From: Stegostoma tigrinum
Taxonomy: Eukaryota
Length of the DNA: 64,000 nt
Reading direction: 5' to 3'
Assembly: GCF_030684315.1 (NCBI RefSeq)
Contig: NC_081357.1
Location: forward strand, 126,618,808 to 126,682,807
Shown: positions 62,983 through 64,000 of the stretch, piece after piece
Layout of the letters: every line of letters begins with the position of its first letter
How positions within the stretch are numbered: position 1 is the first letter of the stretch
Position numbers and translations under genes: made by a program
Notes under the pieces: generated by a model
Databases searched by the model: none
What the model saw: the letters and a program-made list of their open reading frames with translations, nothing else
Told to the model about the DNA's origin: nothing

Positions 62983-63679
62983 AGATGACAAAGTGTGGAG
63001 CTGGATGAACACAGCAGGCCAAGCAGCATCTCAGGAGCTCAAAAGCTGACGTTTCAGGCCTAGACCCTTCATCAGAGAGGGGGATGAGGAGAGGGAACTG
63101 GAATAAATAGGGAGAGAGGGGGAGGTGGACCAGGGAGGGAGAGAAAACAAGATAGGTAGAGAGGAGAGTATAGGTGAGGAGGTAGGGAGGGGATAGGTCA
63201 GTCCAGGGAAGACGGACAGGTCAAGGAGGTGGGATGAGGTGGTAGGTAGGAAATAGACGTGCGGCTTGAGGTGGGAGGAAGGGATGGGTGAGAGGAAGAA
63301 CAGGTTAGGGAAGGAGAGACAAGCTGGGCTGGTTTTGGGATGCAGTGGGGTGAGGGGACGAGCTTGCTGGTTTTGTGATGCAGTGGGGGAAGGGGAGATT
63401 TTGAAACTTGTGAAGTTCACATTGATACCATTGGGCTGCAGGGTTCCCAAGCGGAATATGAGTTGCTGTTCCTACAACCTTCGAGTGGCATCATTGTGGC
63501 ACTGCAGGAGGCCCATGATGGACATGTTGTCTGAGGAATGGGAGGGGGAATTGAAATGGTTCGTGACTCGTTTGTGATTCGTGCAGTTGTTTGTTGCGAA
63601 CCGAGCGGAGGTGTTCTGCAAAGCGGTCCCCAAGCCTCCGTTTGGTTTCCCCATTTCCCATTATCAATGTTCCCATTAT
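62983..63679 (-). mobile_element. Neptune-type Penelope 3' end (family A parent), 5'-truncated
   Basis: GETKRRLGDRFAEHL, NHFNSPSHS and LGTLQPNGINVNF; perfect 16-bp TSD caatgattgtagtctg (62967-62982, 63680-63695). Confidence 0.93.
63045..63078 (-). ncRNA. Minimal hammerhead ribozyme motif (intact core)
   Basis: ct-CTGATGA-a-GGGT-ctag-GCCT-GAAAC-GTC-ag. Confidence 0.75.
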
Positions 63680-64000
63680 CAATGATTGTAGTCTGTTGGT
63701 CTGTTGGTCATGAGTGAGCCACACTGGGTAGGGGACAGGATGTTCTCACTGAGTGACCATTGAAAAATCGTCAGTCCCAGCCAAACCTCACAATCAGCCT
63801 TTGCCAAACATTCATTGCAGGCAGTCAATACTGATTGTTTTCACAGCACTACCAGTAATAAATCCCACCTACAATTTCTCACTGGCAAATTACCCAGCAT
63901 TTTCAGTACGTTCAACACAAGACATCTGGTTGATTCACCTTTAAGTGCTGACTTTGTGTTGCGAATGATTTTAGTTAATAATTCATTATTTTATTTAATT

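Overview
Eukaryotic, repeat-dense, non-coding DNA that most likely comes from a cartilaginous fish (shark). This is inferred from HE1/V-SINE-like and DeuSINE-like SINEs and abundant CR1 LINEs. I estimate that about half of the window is recognisable retroelement debris: many CR1 fragments (one with an intact RT C-terminal ORF), a decayed near-full-length Penelope/Poseidon element (RT + GIY-YIG), Neptune-type Penelope 3' ends, Rex1-type tails, an internally deleted endonuclease-only LINE, a solo LTR, two minisatellites and a 135-nt N gap. The most striking structure is about 20 short Penelope-derived inserts from five sequence families. They carry minimal hammerhead-ribozyme cores (CTGANGA-N-stemII-GAAAC-NTH), are often arranged as head-to-head palindromes, and are often flanked by 8-16 bp target-site duplications. 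No complete host gene is visible; one plausible minus-strand terminal coding exon lies at 62194-62271. All family assignments are by eye from motifs, and boundaries without TSDs are approximate.
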